From NCBI GenBank assembly GCA_963619935.1, contig CAVEYA010000067.1:38-64037 (forward strand): 64,000 nt of DNA. Direction: 5' to 3'. This document shows, piece after piece, positions 28,343-39,488 of the stretch. The notes under the pieces are model-generated. The model was not told the DNA's origin. It made no database searches and worked only from the letters and a program-made list of their open reading frames with translations. How positions within the stretch are numbered: the stretch's first letter is position 1; the number at the start of each line of letters is the position of its first letter. This DNA is from a bacterium. Lineage in GTDB: Bacteria > Bacillota_I > Bacilli_A > RFN20 > CAG-826. The translations under genes and the position numbers were made by a program.

Positions 28343-29908
28343 TTACGCTTTCACGTAGTCAGTAATCTTTCTATAAACAGCATCAAGAATAGCTTGGTCG
28401 TCGTTATTATATTCGCCAGCAAAGATATATCCTGGGATATAGCCAATTTCAGTACGAACAGAAGAAGAACCACGGAAGCCTGGATCAACGAATTTACTCC
28501 AAGATTCAGTAGCATAAACTTGAGAGTTAATCTTTGCGGATTCTTGTTGTAATATTGCGTTTCCATCAAATGAATCATTTAAGTATTCTTGATATTCATC
28601 AGAATTATAAGCATAGTTACATGTTGGGAAATAACCTGTACCAGCAGCGAATGCACCGTTGGCTTGTTGAGATAAGTAAACGATTAATTTCCATGCAGCA
28701 ACTTTTTGTTTTTCAGTACCCTTATTGAATAAGGCAAGGTTAGTGCCTTGAGAAATAACATATGCTTTTGTTAAGTCTTTTTGTGGAACTTGTGCGGCTT
28801 TTGTGGTGAATGTTGTACCAACAACATTGCTTAAACCACCAGTAGAGCCAACATTTAATAAGGATTGACCATTCTTAAATGGGTTAGAACAATAAGATTC
28901 TTCACCAAATGTCGCAGCAATACCAATTAAACCATTGTTCCATAAGTCACGTAACATACCCATTGCTTCTAAGGTCTTTTCTTTATTACCTTCATCATTA
29001 AAGACAGCGTAACCTTTACCAGTATTTGTGGTATCGACTTCGGTATATGTACCACCATATTGTCTTACTAATGAAATGAATAAGTTTTCTGTAGAGTCAT
29101 AAGAGAAGAAATGGAAATTTTCTTCAGTAACAGCAGAACCATCATAAACAACAGTTGTGTTAGCGGCAGTAGCAGCATCAGTTGTGTCATAAACATTACC
29201 ATCAGCGCCTAAGTATTTGCCATAAACACCTTTGGCTTTGAATAATTGTTTAACTGCTAAACCAACAGACTTAACTTCAGCCCATGTTTTTGGAACAAAG
29301 ATATCAGTTGTGGCAGTAGCAGCCCATTCAAAGAAGTTACTGTTATAACACATAACTTCAGAAGATTTATTAAATGGTAAACCTAAGACATAGCCTGTAC
29401 CATCTTCTTTAAATTCTAATGTTTCGTTTTCAGTTAAATAGTCTGTATAGAAATCACTATAATTTAAAACTTTAAGTCCATTAGCGTCTAAACCATCAGC
29501 TTTTTCACGTTTATGATCATTTTCAATAAGACCATCTAAACGGAGCTGAATATTACTGGTAATGTAACCAGCAAAGTGATCTGGATAACCAACCGCTACA
29601 TTTGCGTATTCTTTCTTTGTAGCAGATAAGTTAATTGCAGTTTGAAGATTGGAATAACCACCTTTGGTTTCATATTCCACGGTGATACCTGTCTTTGTCT
29701 CAAAATCATCGATAAGTGTTTCAAGAGTTTCATTAACTGAAGAACCAAAACCTGTCCAGAATGAGATTGTTGTTCCTCTTGTGTCAACTGTGACATCAAG
29801 GTCATATGTGTCAGCGGAGCCTAAACCGCCGGTTTGACAAGCTGACATACCTAATGTTGCAATTAAGCAAACAGGAGCAAGGATTGATAAAAGCTTTTTA
29901 CTTTTCAT
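28343..29908 (-). CDS. ABC transporter substrate-binding lipoprotein, paralog 2
   Basis: Lipobox GMSAC; 521 aa. Confidence 0.7.
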   Translation of the reverse strand: MKSKKLLSILAPVCLIATLGMSACQTGGLGSADTYDLDVTVDTRGTTISFWTGFGSSVNETLETLIDDFETKTGITVEYETKGGYSNLQTAINLSATKKEYANVAVGYPDHFAGYITSNIQLRLDGLIENDHKREKADGLDANGLKVLNYSDFYTDYLTENETLEFKEDGTGYVLGLPFNKSSEVMCYNSNFFEWAATATTDIFVPKTWAEVKSVGLAVKQLFKAKGVYGKYLGADGNVYDTTDAATAANTTVVYDGSAVTEENFHFFSYDSTENLFISLVRQYGGTYTEVDTTNTGKGYAVFNDEGNKEKTLEAMGMLRDLWNNGLIGIAATFGEESYCSNPFKNGQSLLNVGSTGGLSNVVGTTFTTKAAQVPQKDLTKAYVISQGTNLALFNKGTEKQKVAAWKLIVYLSQQANGAFAAGTGYFPTCNYAYNSDEYQEYLNDSFDGNAILQQESAKINSQVYATESWSKFVDPGFRGSSSVRTEIGYIPGYIFAGEYNNDDQAILDAVYRKITDYVKA

Positions 29909-29926
29909 AATTGTTTGTCCTTTCTT

Positions 29927-30847
29927 TTATCCTTTAATACCGGAACGTGATACACCACGCATAATATATTTTCTAAAAATTAAGAAGAATATAAATAGCG
30001 GAATTGTCGCGAATAATGAACCAGTCACTTTGGCTGGATCATCAGTGCTAAATTCACTACTTTGGAACTTCGCCATTAAGCCGTTAGAGACTAAGTGCAT
30101 ATCATTACCAAAGTATGGGTTAGTACCGGATGCCACTAATTGTGGCCAAATATAAGCATTCCACGCACCCATGAGGGAGAGAATCATAATTGTTACAATT
30201 GTTGGCATAGCAATTGGAATCATACATCTCCATAAATAGGAGAAATGCCCATAGCCATCCACTTTTGCAGCTAAGAATAATTCATTAGGAATTTGTTGGA
30301 AGGTTTGTCTTAAATAGAAGATATAGAAGACAGAAACGCCGTGCACTAAGATTAATGCAGCGTATGTATCTTTCCAGCCTAAGGCCATTGTGGTTTGGAA
30401 ATTAGTAATCATCATCATTTCACCTGGAATCATCATTGTGCCAAGTAAAATAGTGAAGATGACGTTTTTACCTTTGAATTCAACTCTCGCAAAAGCGAAA
30501 GCGGCTAATACGGAGGTAACAACCGTAAATACTGTTGAGCATACAGCAACAATAATTGTATTGAGGTAATAAGTACCAAAGTCACCAGATTTACCCATGA
30601 CTTTCACAAATTGTTCAAAGGAGAAGTTAGTAGAATTAAGGAACAAGACTAATTGTCCTTTTTGTTCTTCTAAGTTGTATGCAGTTGTGGATTTAAATGA
30701 GGTAATTAACATGTAATAGAAAGGGATAACGATAAATAAGCCCATTAATGTTAAGAAACCATAGAGTAAAACTTGAGTAATAATCTTTTTTGCTTTATAG
30801 GTGCGCATTTGTGCTGCACTAGCAAAGTATACTTCATGTTCAGCCAT
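29927..30847 (-). CDS. ABC transporter permease (MalG/UgpE-like)
   Basis: 6 TM, EAA-like loop AAKVDGYGHFSYLWRCMIP. Confidence 0.85.
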   Translation of the reverse strand: MAEHEVYFASAAQMRTYKAKKIITQVLLYGFLTLMGLFIVIPFYYMLITSFKSTTAYNLEEQKGQLVLFLNSTNFSFEQFVKVMGKSGDFGTYYLNTIIVAVCSTVFTVVTSVLAAFAFARVEFKGKNVIFTILLGTMMIPGEMMMITNFQTTMALGWKDTYAALILVHGVSVFYIFYLRQTFQQIPNELFLAAKVDGYGHFSYLWRCMIPIAMPTIVTIMILSLMGAWNAYIWPQLVASGTNPYFGNDMHLVSNGLMAKFQSSEFSTDDPAKVTGSLFATIPLFIFFLIFRKYIMRGVSRSGIKG

Positions 30848-30862
30848 ACTTATCTCTCCTTT

Positions 30863-31957
30863 CTAGTAATGCACTCTTGATTTGCTTACTGCAAATTGAA
30901 CAAGAGTTAATAACAAAATAACAATCAATAAAATAACGGAACCAGCAGCGGCACGGCCGATAGCGGATTCATTAGTAGATTGCATATATTTGTAGATGAA
31001 ACCAACGATAGTAATCCACTTTGTACCGTCAGTACCACCAAAGTCAGTAGCACCACCACCGAATAAGGCGATGATTTGTGAATAAGATTTACAGGCACCA
31101 ATAAATGATGTAATCGTAATATACAAAATCTGTGGTGAGAGTAATGGAATCGTGATTCTACGGAAGATAGTTGCCTTTGAGGAACCATCAATACGCGCAG
31201 CATCATAATATTGTTTATCAATTGTGGCTAAGCCACTCATGAAGACGAGAATTTTGAAAGCGATACCATTCCAAATGGAATAAATAACGATAACAACAAA
31301 CATGCTCCATTTATTGGCAGAATCACCTAACCAGTTCACTGGAGAGGCGCCAAACCAACCGATGAGGGTATTAAATAGACCAGCCGAACCATCAGAGAAC
31401 ATGACATTAAACACCATGCCCAAAGCGATTGAGTTAGTCACATATGGTAGGAAGAATACTGTTTGATAGAAACCTTGTAAAGGCTTAATCGAATGTAAAC
31501 AGACAGCAAGTAATAAACCAACAAGAATTGTTAATGGAACTTCCACAATAACAATAATCGCGGTGTTACCCATGGCTTGCCAGAATAATGGGTCGCTAAA
31601 TACTTTAACGTAGTTAGTAAAACCAATTGATTCAACAATACCAGAACGAGAATTGCTAAAGGAAGCTATGTAGTTAACAATCGCTAAAGATGAGTTACTA
31701 CCACCAACCCAATAGAAGTTATTAATGAATGAGATCATGATTGAGTTGATAATTGGATAAATCATAAACACAATCAAGAAGATTAAAGCTGGGATTAAAG
31801 CAATCCAACCCTTTAACCATTCAGGCATAATCCATTTGTGTTGCTTAACTTCAAGATAACCTTTATTAGTTACAGAATCTAAATAAGGGGTTTCTAAAGT
31901 TGCTGTGCCGTTAGCATCAACGAGTATTTCTTCATTCCTTTCTTTTAAATTTGCCAT
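30863..31957 (-). CDS. ABC transporter permease (MalF/UgpA-like)
   Basis: EAA loop DAARIDGSSKATIFRRITIPLL. Confidence 0.85.
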   Translation of the reverse strand: MANLKERNEEILVDANGTATLETPYLDSVTNKGYLEVKQHKWIMPEWLKGWIALIPALIFLIVFMIYPIINSIMISFINNFYWVGGSNSSLAIVNYIASFSNSRSGIVESIGFTNYVKVFSDPLFWQAMGNTAIIVIVEVPLTILVGLLLAVCLHSIKPLQGFYQTVFFLPYVTNSIALGMVFNVMFSDGSAGLFNTLIGWFGASPVNWLGDSANKWSMFVVIVIYSIWNGIAFKILVFMSGLATIDKQYYDAARIDGSSKATIFRRITIPLLSPQILYITITSFIGACKSYSQIIALFGGGATDFGGTDGTKWITIVGFIYKYMQSTNESAIGRAAAGSVILLIVILLLTLVQFAVSKSRVHY

Positions 31958-31981
31958 AATTTTTAACCAAATAACTTAAAG

Positions 31982-33481
31982 TTATTTAATCCTTTCGCCA
32001 GATTCTTCAAAAACATAGAAACGTTTTGCTGAGAAATGAAGTTCATCTTTACCAATAACATCTTTCCATGTTTCACTTGGAATAATAATCTTCACATTAG
32101 AAGATTGTCCTTTAATGGAACCAATCACAGAGACATCACGTCCAACGTGTTGGACAAAGTTCACATCAACTGGTAATTTACCTTTTGCATCGAGTGTAAA
32201 TGCTTCTGGACGAACACCGATTTTCACGGTGCGGTCACTCTTAATAACTTCTTCGTCTTCTTCCACTACTTCAAGTTGAGGATTAAGTAAAGCGCGTTTG
32301 GCTTTATGATCTAAACCTTCAAGTTTTTCTGGATGTGCTTCTAAGTCAGCGCGATATTCTTCTGGAGTAATTCTAGTGCCTTTAACAAATGTGTATTGAT
32401 GATGGATAAAACCGTGATAATCTTCTTCATAACATTTGTCAGTATCAAAGACATGTCCATCAACATATAATTTGCCGCCTTTGATTTCTCCATCAAAAAT
32501 ATTGATAGCTGGGGAACCAAGGAATTTAGCGACGAATAAATTAACTGGTTCATCATAAACTTTTTGTGGTTCATCAATTTGTTGAATAACACCAAAGTTC
32601 ATAACAACAATAACGTCAGAAATAGACATTGCTTCTTCTTGGTCGTGTGTAACGAAAATTGTAGTAATGCCAGTTTCTTTTTGAATACGTCTAATTTCTT
32701 CACGAGTTTGTAATCTCAAACGAGCATCTAAGTTAGATAATGGTTCATCTAACAATAAAACACGTGGAGATTTAGCTAACGCTCTTGCGATAGCGACACG
32801 TTGTTGTTGACCACCAGATAATTCTTTAGGTTTTCTTTCTAAATAAGGTTCGATATCGACTAATCTCGCCATTTTATGTGCGATTTCATCCTTTTCTTCC
32901 TTAGTTAAACGTCTCTTAGTTAATTGAGCGTATCTAACAGGATCTTGCTCTTTTACAGCTTGAAGTTCAGCAGTTGCTTTATTTAAGGCGCCTTCTGCTT
33001 CTGCCAATTCTGCAGCTGCGGTTTCAACCGCATTTGCATATTCAGACAAATCTTCTTCAGCAGCCTTTTGAGCTTTAGCAAGTGCCTTTTGAGCACCTGT
33101 AAGATTTCTCTGTGCTTCCTTCACACGAGTTTTGAATGCTGATAATGGGTGAGGGAAACGTACATTGTCTAGTGGGAAAGTGATATTTTGTTTCACGCTA
33201 AAATGTGGATATAAAGCGTAGTTTTGGAAAACTAAACCGATACCACGATTTTCTGGTGGAACATTTGTCACATCTTCATCACCAAACCAAATATGGCCTT
33301 CTGTTGGTTTATGTAAACCCGCAATCATGTAAAGAGTTGTTGATTTACCACAACCTGAAGGACCAAGTAAACCGACTAACTTGCCATCAGGAACAACAAA
33401 AGACATGTCACTAACAGCAGTAGTCTTGGAACCTTTCTTACCAATAAAAGTCTTAGTAAGATGTTCAATTTTTACTTCCAT
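31982..33481 (-). CDS. ABC transporter ATP-binding protein (MalK/UgpC-like) with about 100-aa coiled-coil insertion
   Basis: Probable true start MEVKIEHL at 33481 with AGGAG RBS; Walker A GPSGCGKST, signature LSGGQQQRVA, Walker B LLLDEP. Ala/Glu/Lys-rich helical insert between Q-loop and signature. Confidence 0.85.
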   Translation of the reverse strand: MEVKIEHLTKTFIGKKGSKTTAVSDMSFVVPDGKLVGLLGPSGCGKSTTLYMIAGLHKPTEGHIWFGDEDVTNVPPENRGIGLVFQNYALYPHFSVKQNITFPLDNVRFPHPLSAFKTRVKEAQRNLTGAQKALAKAQKAAEEDLSEYANAVETAAAELAEAEGALNKATAELQAVKEQDPVRYAQLTKRRLTKEEKDEIAHKMARLVDIEPYLERKPKELSGGQQQRVAIARALAKSPRVLLLDEPLSNLDARLRLQTREEIRRIQKETGITTIFVTHDQEEAMSISDVIVVMNFGVIQQIDEPQKVYDEPVNLFVAKFLGSPAINIFDGEIKGGKLYVDGHVFDTDKCYEEDYHGFIHHQYTFVKGTRITPEEYRADLEAHPEKLEGLDHKAKRALLNPQLEVVEEDEEVIKSDRTVKIGVRPEAFTLDAKGKLPVDVNFVQHVGRDVSVIGSIKGQSSNVKIIIPSETWKDVIGKDELHFSAKRFYVFEESGERIK

Positions 33482-33630
33482 AGAGATAACTCCTTTCTCT
33501 TTGTAATTATGGAATAATTCACAATATGAGTTTAACACAATATTTTTACTCACAAAAGAAATAATTGTGTGTATGTATATGTGTGTAAAAAAACTAAAAA
33601 AGGTCAACCATATATTTAGTTAACCTTCTT

Positions 33631-34845
33631 TTATTTATTTTTGTAATTATCGTTTTTATAAAGAATTGCTTCATCACGAACTTGATTTGGATCATTGCTA
33701 ACCGCAGGTTTAATTTCCTTAATTCGACCTTTTACAATATCTTCATCATTAGCATTATCAAATATTTCAGAATGTACTTTATCAATCACTATTGTGCCTG
33801 CCACTAAATCATGTAATGCAAAATGTTTTTTGGTAAAGATAGAACATGTATAACTCACTAAGGTAAATAATGTGACAAAACCAAGCATCCATAAGCTTAA
33901 GCCAAAGATTAAATATGCGACAAAGATTACTGCTATCGGTAATAAGAATCTTGGAATTAATTGATATCGTTTATAACGATACCCAATCTTATTAGCTAAC
34001 CCAAGATGGAACATGCGTTTGCCAAGAGTTTCACCGTTTTTGGCACAGATTGGAATAATAAAATAGAAAATTAAAGCTGACAAAGCAAAACTACAAAGTA
34101 TTGGGTAGGTATAGAAGTGTTTATAGTATTGGTTTTGCACTTTAACAACAAAACTACGATTTGTTAAATTTAATATCGCAATTGCGTAATAATAAGTTTC
34201 ATTTTCTGTATTTGCACTATCAGAGATATAAAAGTATTTAATTAATTTAGCTTGGTCTTCTTCACTAATAGCAGAAGTCGCATCATTATTTTGACATTTT
34301 GGTAAACCAATCACTTCTGTTAAGGTTTTACCTTCGTTGTCTAGTTGATAAGCAAATAATTCAGGTCCTTTTTCTTTTACTAATGTATTTAAATTTTCTA
34401 AATCAGAATAAATCTCTTTTATGTCTTTTAAACCTAATACATGAGTATTAAACCAATAAATAGGTGTGTTATTTTCATCATAAACCATTCTATCTTCTTC
34501 AGGTAAATCTTCACTAATTAAATAAGTAGAATAATACTGATAGAACATATTTTGATAGCCTTCATATGTATCATAAGTAATAGGTTCTATTGATGTTTTT
34601 TCATCATTGTATTTCATTAACCCACTATCAACGATATAACCATAATACTGTTCTTTAGCTTCTTTGACATAAGGAGAATTCATACAAACAACATTTTGGG
34701 TGAATAATAATAAGCCAAAAAAGACAAACGCCATGATCGCTGCGTCCACAATAAATGCCACAAAACGAGCGAATAGACCAGCATAAGCTACATTATCTAA
34801 ACCATCGACTGTATGACGTTCAATTGTGCGATTATTTTCTACCAT
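33631..34845 (-). CDS. RDD-family membrane protein with large extracytoplasmic domain
   Basis: RFVAFIVDAAIMAFVF RDD-like N-terminal TM, about 200-aa middle domain, C-terminal TMs. Confidence 0.55.
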   Translation of the reverse strand: MVENNRTIERHTVDGLDNVAYAGLFARFVAFIVDAAIMAFVFFGLLLFTQNVVCMNSPYVKEAKEQYYGYIVDSGLMKYNDEKTSIEPITYDTYEGYQNMFYQYYSTYLISEDLPEEDRMVYDENNTPIYWFNTHVLGLKDIKEIYSDLENLNTLVKEKGPELFAYQLDNEGKTLTEVIGLPKCQNNDATSAISEEDQAKLIKYFYISDSANTENETYYYAIAILNLTNRSFVVKVQNQYYKHFYTYPILCSFALSALIFYFIIPICAKNGETLGKRMFHLGLANKIGYRYKRYQLIPRFLLPIAVIFVAYLIFGLSLWMLGFVTLFTLVSYTCSIFTKKHFALHDLVAGTIVIDKVHSEIFDNANDEDIVKGRIKEIKPAVSNDPNQVRDEAILYKNDNYKNK

Positions 34846-34899
34846 GCTTAGACTATAACATATTTTATTAAAATATAAAATTAGTTAAATAATAGTTTA

Positions 34900-34930
34900 C
34901 ATAAAAAAGCCCATCCGAGGATGAGCTTAT
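34900..34930 (-). terminator. Rho-independent terminator of tuf
   Basis: AAGCCCATCC...GGATGAGCTT hairpin followed by T-run on the minus strand. Confidence 0.55.
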
Positions 34931-34955
34931 TTTATTAATAAATTTATAACTAAAC

Positions 34956-36140
34956 TTATTTAATGATTTCGTTGACTGTACCAGCACCAACTGTACGGCC
35001 ACCTTCACGGATGGAGAATTTTGTACCTTTTTCCATAGCGATTGGGTGAATGAGTTCGACGGTTAATTCAACGTTATCACCTGGCATAACCATATCAACA
35101 CCAGCAGGAAGTGTAATAACACCTGTGACGTCTGTTGTACGGAAGTAGAATTGTGGTCTGTAGTTTGTTAAGAAAGCTGTATGACGGCCACCTTCTTCTT
35201 TGGTTAAAACGTAAACAGAAGCTTTGAACTTGCTGTGTGGGGTAACGGAACCTGGTTTAGCAAGAACTTGACCACGTTGGACTTGATCACGGTTGATACC
35301 TCTTAAAAGGACACCAACGTTATCACCAGCTTGGACGAAGTCACATGTCTTACGGAAGGATTCGAGACCTGTAATAACGGATTTTTGTGTTTCTTTAATA
35401 CCAACGATTTCAACTTCGTCACCGAGTTTAGCACTACCACGTTCGACACGGCCTGTAACAACAGTACCACGTCCGGAAATGGTCATAACGTCTTCGATAG
35501 CGAGTAAGAATGGTTTGTCGGTATCTCTGGTTGGAGTTGGGACATAAGCATCAACAGCGTCCATTAATTCGTGGATAGCTTTCTTTGCTTCTGGGTCACC
35601 ATCTAAGGCTTTACGTGCAGAGCCACGGATGACTGGGACGTCATCGCCTGGGAAACCATAACTATTTAATAAGTCACGGACATCCATTTCGACTAAGTCT
35701 AATAATTCTGGATCATCGACTAAGTCAGTCTTGTTGATAAAGACAACGATGTATGGAACACCAACTTGACGTGCTAATAAGATATGTTCACGTGTTTGTG
35801 GCATAACACCATCAGTACCTGCAACAACGAGGATTGCGCCGTCCATTTGGGCAGCACCGGTGATCATGTTCTTGACATAGTCAGCGTGCCCTGGGCAGTC
35901 GACGTGTGCGTAGTGTCTTTTTGCGGTTTTGTATTCAATGTGGGCTGTGTTAATTGTAATACCACGAGCCTTTTCTTCTGGTGCAGAGTCAATTTGTGCG
36001 TAGTCTGTAGCAACAGCACCACCTTCTTCTGCGAGGACAGATGTGATAGCAGCAGTTAATGTGGTTTTACCATGGTCAACGTGACCGATAGTACCAATGT
36101 TAACGTGTTCCAATGATCTGTCAAATTTTTCTTTTGCCAT
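34956..36140 (-). CDS. tuf: elongation factor Tu
   Basis: 394 aa, [22 protein letters not shown]. Confidence 0.98.
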   Translation of the reverse strand: MAKEKFDRSLEHVNIGTIGHVDHGKTTLTAAITSVLAEEGGAVATDYAQIDSAPEEKARGITINTAHIEYKTAKRHYAHVDCPGHADYVKNMITGAAQMDGAILVVAGTDGVMPQTREHILLARQVGVPYIVVFINKTDLVDDPELLDLVEMDVRDLLNSYGFPGDDVPVIRGSARKALDGDPEAKKAIHELMDAVDAYVPTPTRDTDKPFLLAIEDVMTISGRGTVVTGRVERGSAKLGDEVEIVGIKETQKSVITGLESFRKTCDFVQAGDNVGVLLRGINRDQVQRGQVLAKPGSVTPHSKFKASVYVLTKEEGGRHTAFLTNYRPQFYFRTTDVTGVITLPAGVDMVMPGDNVELTVELIHPIAMEKGTKFSIREGGRTVGAGTVNEIIK

Positions 36141-36248
36141 ATAAATGAAACTCCTTTCGTTCTATATATTTCGATGTTTCACAACACCTTCATAATATAG
36201 CAATATTTTGTTATATGCAATACCTTTCAAGGGTATTAAGCAATACTT

Positions 36249-38330
36249 TTATCGAGCAGACATGCCACTCTTTTTGATAATTTCTTCTTGGACGAATCTT
36301 GGTGTTTCGCCATAATGATCGAATTGCATCACGTAGTTTCCTCTACCTTGAGTCATACTACGTAAGTCAGTAACATAACCGAACATTTCGGAAAGTGGTA
36401 CTTCAGCTTCGATTGTTTTTGCGTTAGCACGTTGAGATTCACCCATCACGTTACCTCTACGACGAGAGATGTCACCAATGACATCACCATAGTATTGGTC
36501 TGGGATAGTAACTTCAATCTTCATGATTGGTTCAAGAATGACTGGGTTACATTTTTTAGCGGCTTCTTTTAAAGCCATAGATGCAGCAATCTTATATGCA
36601 GATTCAGAAGAGTCAACATCGTGGTAAGAACCATCGAATAAGGTAGCTTTAACATCAATGACATCAAATCCTGCTACTAAGCCTTTCTTTAAGGCATCGA
36701 CTAAGCCATCTTGAGTTGGTTTAATGTATTCTCTTGGAACACTACCACCGACGACTGCGTCAACGAATTCAAATCCTTTGCCTGGGTTTGGTTCAAACTT
36801 GATCCAAACGTGACCATATTGACCACGACCACCAGATTGTTTGATGTATTTACCTTCACAGTCGGCAGTACCACGAATGGTTTCTTTGTATTCGACTTGT
36901 GGGGCACCAACGTTAACTTGGACGTTGAATTCTCTTTTCATACGATCAACGATGATGTCTAAGTGTAATTCACCAACACCAGCGATGATGGTTTGACCTG
37001 TTTCAGCGTTTGTACGAACTCTGAATGTTGGGTCTTCTTCGGCCAATTTTTGTAAGGCAATAGCCATCTTTTCTTGGTCGGCTTTGGTCTTAGGTTCGAC
37101 AGCTTCTTCGATAACTGGATCTGGGAATTCCATCTTTTCTAAGATAACTTCGTGTTTTTCGTCACATAAGGTATCACCAGTAATGGTGTTCTTAAGACCA
37201 ACGACAGCACCGATATCACCAGCGTGGAGTTCTTCCACTTCTTGACGGTGGTTGGAGTGCATTAAGACAACACGAGCAATTCTTTCTTTAACGCCTTTAG
37301 TACTATTTAAGACGTAAGAACCAGCTTTTAAGACACCACTGTAGACACGAACATAGGCTAAACGGCCAATGAATGGGTCAGTAGCAATCTTGAAGGCTAA
37401 CGCACCAAGAGGAGCGTCATCATTTGGTTCACAAACTACTTCATTTCCATATTCATCAACACCTTTTGCGGCTGGGATGTCTAATGGGCTTGGTAAGTAA
37501 TCTACAACGCCATCAAGTAATAATTGAATGTTTTTGTTTTTGTAAGCACTTCCGCAGAAGACTGGGTGGAATTCACCAAGTAAAACTGCTTTACGAATTG
37601 CGGCTTTAGTTTGTTCTACAGTTGGTTCTTGACCTTCGAGAACTAACATTAAGATATCTTCATCAAAGTTACTTAAAGCTTCAAATAACTTTGTACGATA
37701 TTCTTGCATTTGTCCCTTTAATTCTTCTGGAACTGGGACTTCATGTGGTGCTTCAGCTTTATCGCTTTCATACACCCATGCTTTTTGTTCGATAATGTCG
37801 ACACATCCTTTTAAAGTTGATTCAATACCAATTGGGAATTGAACAGCTTCAGCATTTGCGCCTAAACGTTCATGTAAAGAACGAACGCACATATCGAAGT
37901 TGGCACCAATAGCGTCTAATTTATTAACGAAGACGATTCTTGGCACACCATATTTGGAACCTTGTCTCCAAACTGTTTCAGTTTGTGGTTCAACACCGTT
38001 TTTACCATCGAGAACGGTAACCGCACCATCGAGAACACGGAGTGAACGTTCAACTTCAACAGTGAAGTCGACGTGCCCTGGAGTGTCGATAATGTTAATA
38101 CGATTTCCTTTCCACATAGCGGTGGTCGCAGCAGAAGTAATTGTAATACCTCTTTCTTGTTCTTGGGCCATCCAGTCCATTGTAGCGGCACCTTCATGGG
38201 TTTCGCCAATCTTATGGATTTTACCAGTGAAATAAAGAATACGTTCAGTGGTTGTGGTTTTTCCGGCGTCAATGTGGGCCATAATACCGATGTTACGGGT
38301 ATGGGCTAAATCAAATTCACGATTTGCCAT
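36249..38330 (-). CDS. fusA: elongation factor G
   Basis: 693 aa, [20 protein letters not shown]. Confidence 0.98.
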   Translation of the reverse strand: MANREFDLAHTRNIGIMAHIDAGKTTTTERILYFTGKIHKIGETHEGAATMDWMAQEQERGITITSAATTAMWKGNRINIIDTPGHVDFTVEVERSLRVLDGAVTVLDGKNGVEPQTETVWRQGSKYGVPRIVFVNKLDAIGANFDMCVRSLHERLGANAEAVQFPIGIESTLKGCVDIIEQKAWVYESDKAEAPHEVPVPEELKGQMQEYRTKLFEALSNFDEDILMLVLEGQEPTVEQTKAAIRKAVLLGEFHPVFCGSAYKNKNIQLLLDGVVDYLPSPLDIPAAKGVDEYGNEVVCEPNDDAPLGALAFKIATDPFIGRLAYVRVYSGVLKAGSYVLNSTKGVKERIARVVLMHSNHRQEVEELHAGDIGAVVGLKNTITGDTLCDEKHEVILEKMEFPDPVIEEAVEPKTKADQEKMAIALQKLAEEDPTFRVRTNAETGQTIIAGVGELHLDIIVDRMKREFNVQVNVGAPQVEYKETIRGTADCEGKYIKQSGGRGQYGHVWIKFEPNPGKGFEFVDAVVGGSVPREYIKPTQDGLVDALKKGLVAGFDVIDVKATLFDGSYHDVDSSESAYKIAASMALKEAAKKCNPVILEPIMKIEVTIPDQYYGDVIGDISRRRGNVMGESQRANAKTIEAEVPLSEMFGYVTDLRSMTQGRGNYVMQFDHYGETPRFVQEEIIKKSGMSAR

Positions 38331-38345
38331 AATAATAACCTCGGA

Positions 38346-38813
38346 TTACCAACGATAATGGGCATAGGCTTTATTGGCTTCTGCCATCTTGTGGGTGTCT
38401 TCTCTCTTTTTCACGGAAGCACCTGTTCCGTTAGCGGCGTCGATGATTTCGTTAGCTAAACGTTCTTCCATACTCTTTTCATTTCTTAAACGAGAGTAAT
38501 TGACTAACCATCTAAGACCTAATGTAACTTTACGATCTGGAGTAACTTCAGTAGGAACTTGGAAGTTAGAACCGCCGACACGGCGCATTTTAAGTTCGAC
38601 TTCTGGCATAATGTTATTTAATGCAGTAGCGAACACGTCCATTGCTGGTTTACCAGTTTTGGCTTCGATTTTCTTGAAGGCGGAATAGAGAATGTTTTGG
38701 GCAGTTCCCTTTTTACCATCAAGCATAATCTTATTGATTAAACGAGTGACTAATTTACTGTTATAGATTGGATCTGGTAACACGTCACGTTTTGTAGCAT
38801 TTCCTTTACGCAT
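38346..38813 (-). CDS. rpsG: 30S ribosomal protein S7
   Basis: 155 aa, conserved S7 sequence. Confidence 0.95.
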   Translation of the reverse strand: MRKGNATKRDVLPDPIYNSKLVTRLINKIMLDGKKGTAQNILYSAFKKIEAKTGKPAMDVFATALNNIMPEVELKMRRVGGSNFQVPTEVTPDRKVTLGLRWLVNYSRLRNEKSMEERLANEIIDAANGTGASVKKREDTHKMAEANKAYAHYRW

Positions 38814-38832
38814 AATGTTTTCCTCCTATCAA

Positions 38833-39252
38833 TTATTTGGCTGCTTTTGGCTTTTTAGTACCATATAAGCTACGTCCTTGACGACGGGCTTCAATACCAG
38901 CGCAGTCTAAGGTACCACGGATAATGTGATATCTAACACCTGGTAAATCTTTAACACGGCCGCCTCTAATAATGACGGTTGAGTGTTCTTGTAAGTTGTG
39001 TCCTTCACCACCGATATAAGCAGTGACTTCATACCCATTAGACAATCTAACACGAGCGTATTTACGTAAAGCTGAGTTAGGTTTCTTAGGAGTCATAGTA
39101 CCGACACGGGTGCAGACGCCACGCTTTTGACCAGCAAATTGGTTACTTTCTTTTTTCTTTAAAGAGTTCCATCTTGCGGTAAGAGCAGGAGATTTAGACT
39201 TATAAATCTTGGAGTGACGACCTTCACGAACTAATTGGTTAATGGTTGGCAT
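38833..39252 (-). CDS. rpsL: 30S ribosomal protein S12
   Basis: MPTINQLVR start at 39252 (track ORF extends 15 codons further); conserved KKPNSALRK. Confidence 0.95.
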   Translation of the reverse strand: MPTINQLVREGRHSKIYKSKSPALTARWNSLKKKESNQFAGQKRGVCTRVGTMTPKKPNSALRKYARVRLSNGYEVTAYIGGEGHNLQEHSTVIIRGGRVKDLPGVRYHIIRGTLDCAGIEARRQGRSLYGTKKPKAAK

Positions 39253-39464
39253 ATAATTGCTCCTTTCAAATCTTTGTTTCGTGTAACTTTCACACATGAC
39301 CTGGTGTATCGCATTCTTTCTTTAAAAAATGGACCAAAAGGTCATACGTGGTATTTACACACGCTCATATATAATATATAAAGAGTATTTTTCTCGCAAT
39401 AAAATTTCTAAACTCTGTAAATAAATTTTACCAACTATACCAGGTGTATCAATATCTTATCTTA

Positions 39465-39488
39465 ATAAAAAACACCTTTTCGGGTGTT
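39465..39488 (-). terminator. Rho-independent terminator after the 39487-41082 gene, just upstream of the rpsL promoter region
   Basis: ACACC-TTTTCG-GGTGT hairpin with T-run on the minus strand. Confidence 0.5.

Noticed and set aside
36141-36248. Hairpin AATACC...GGTATT between fusA and tuf as terminator
   Set aside because: No T-run follows it. The region more likely holds the internal tuf promoter, with read-through from fusA.
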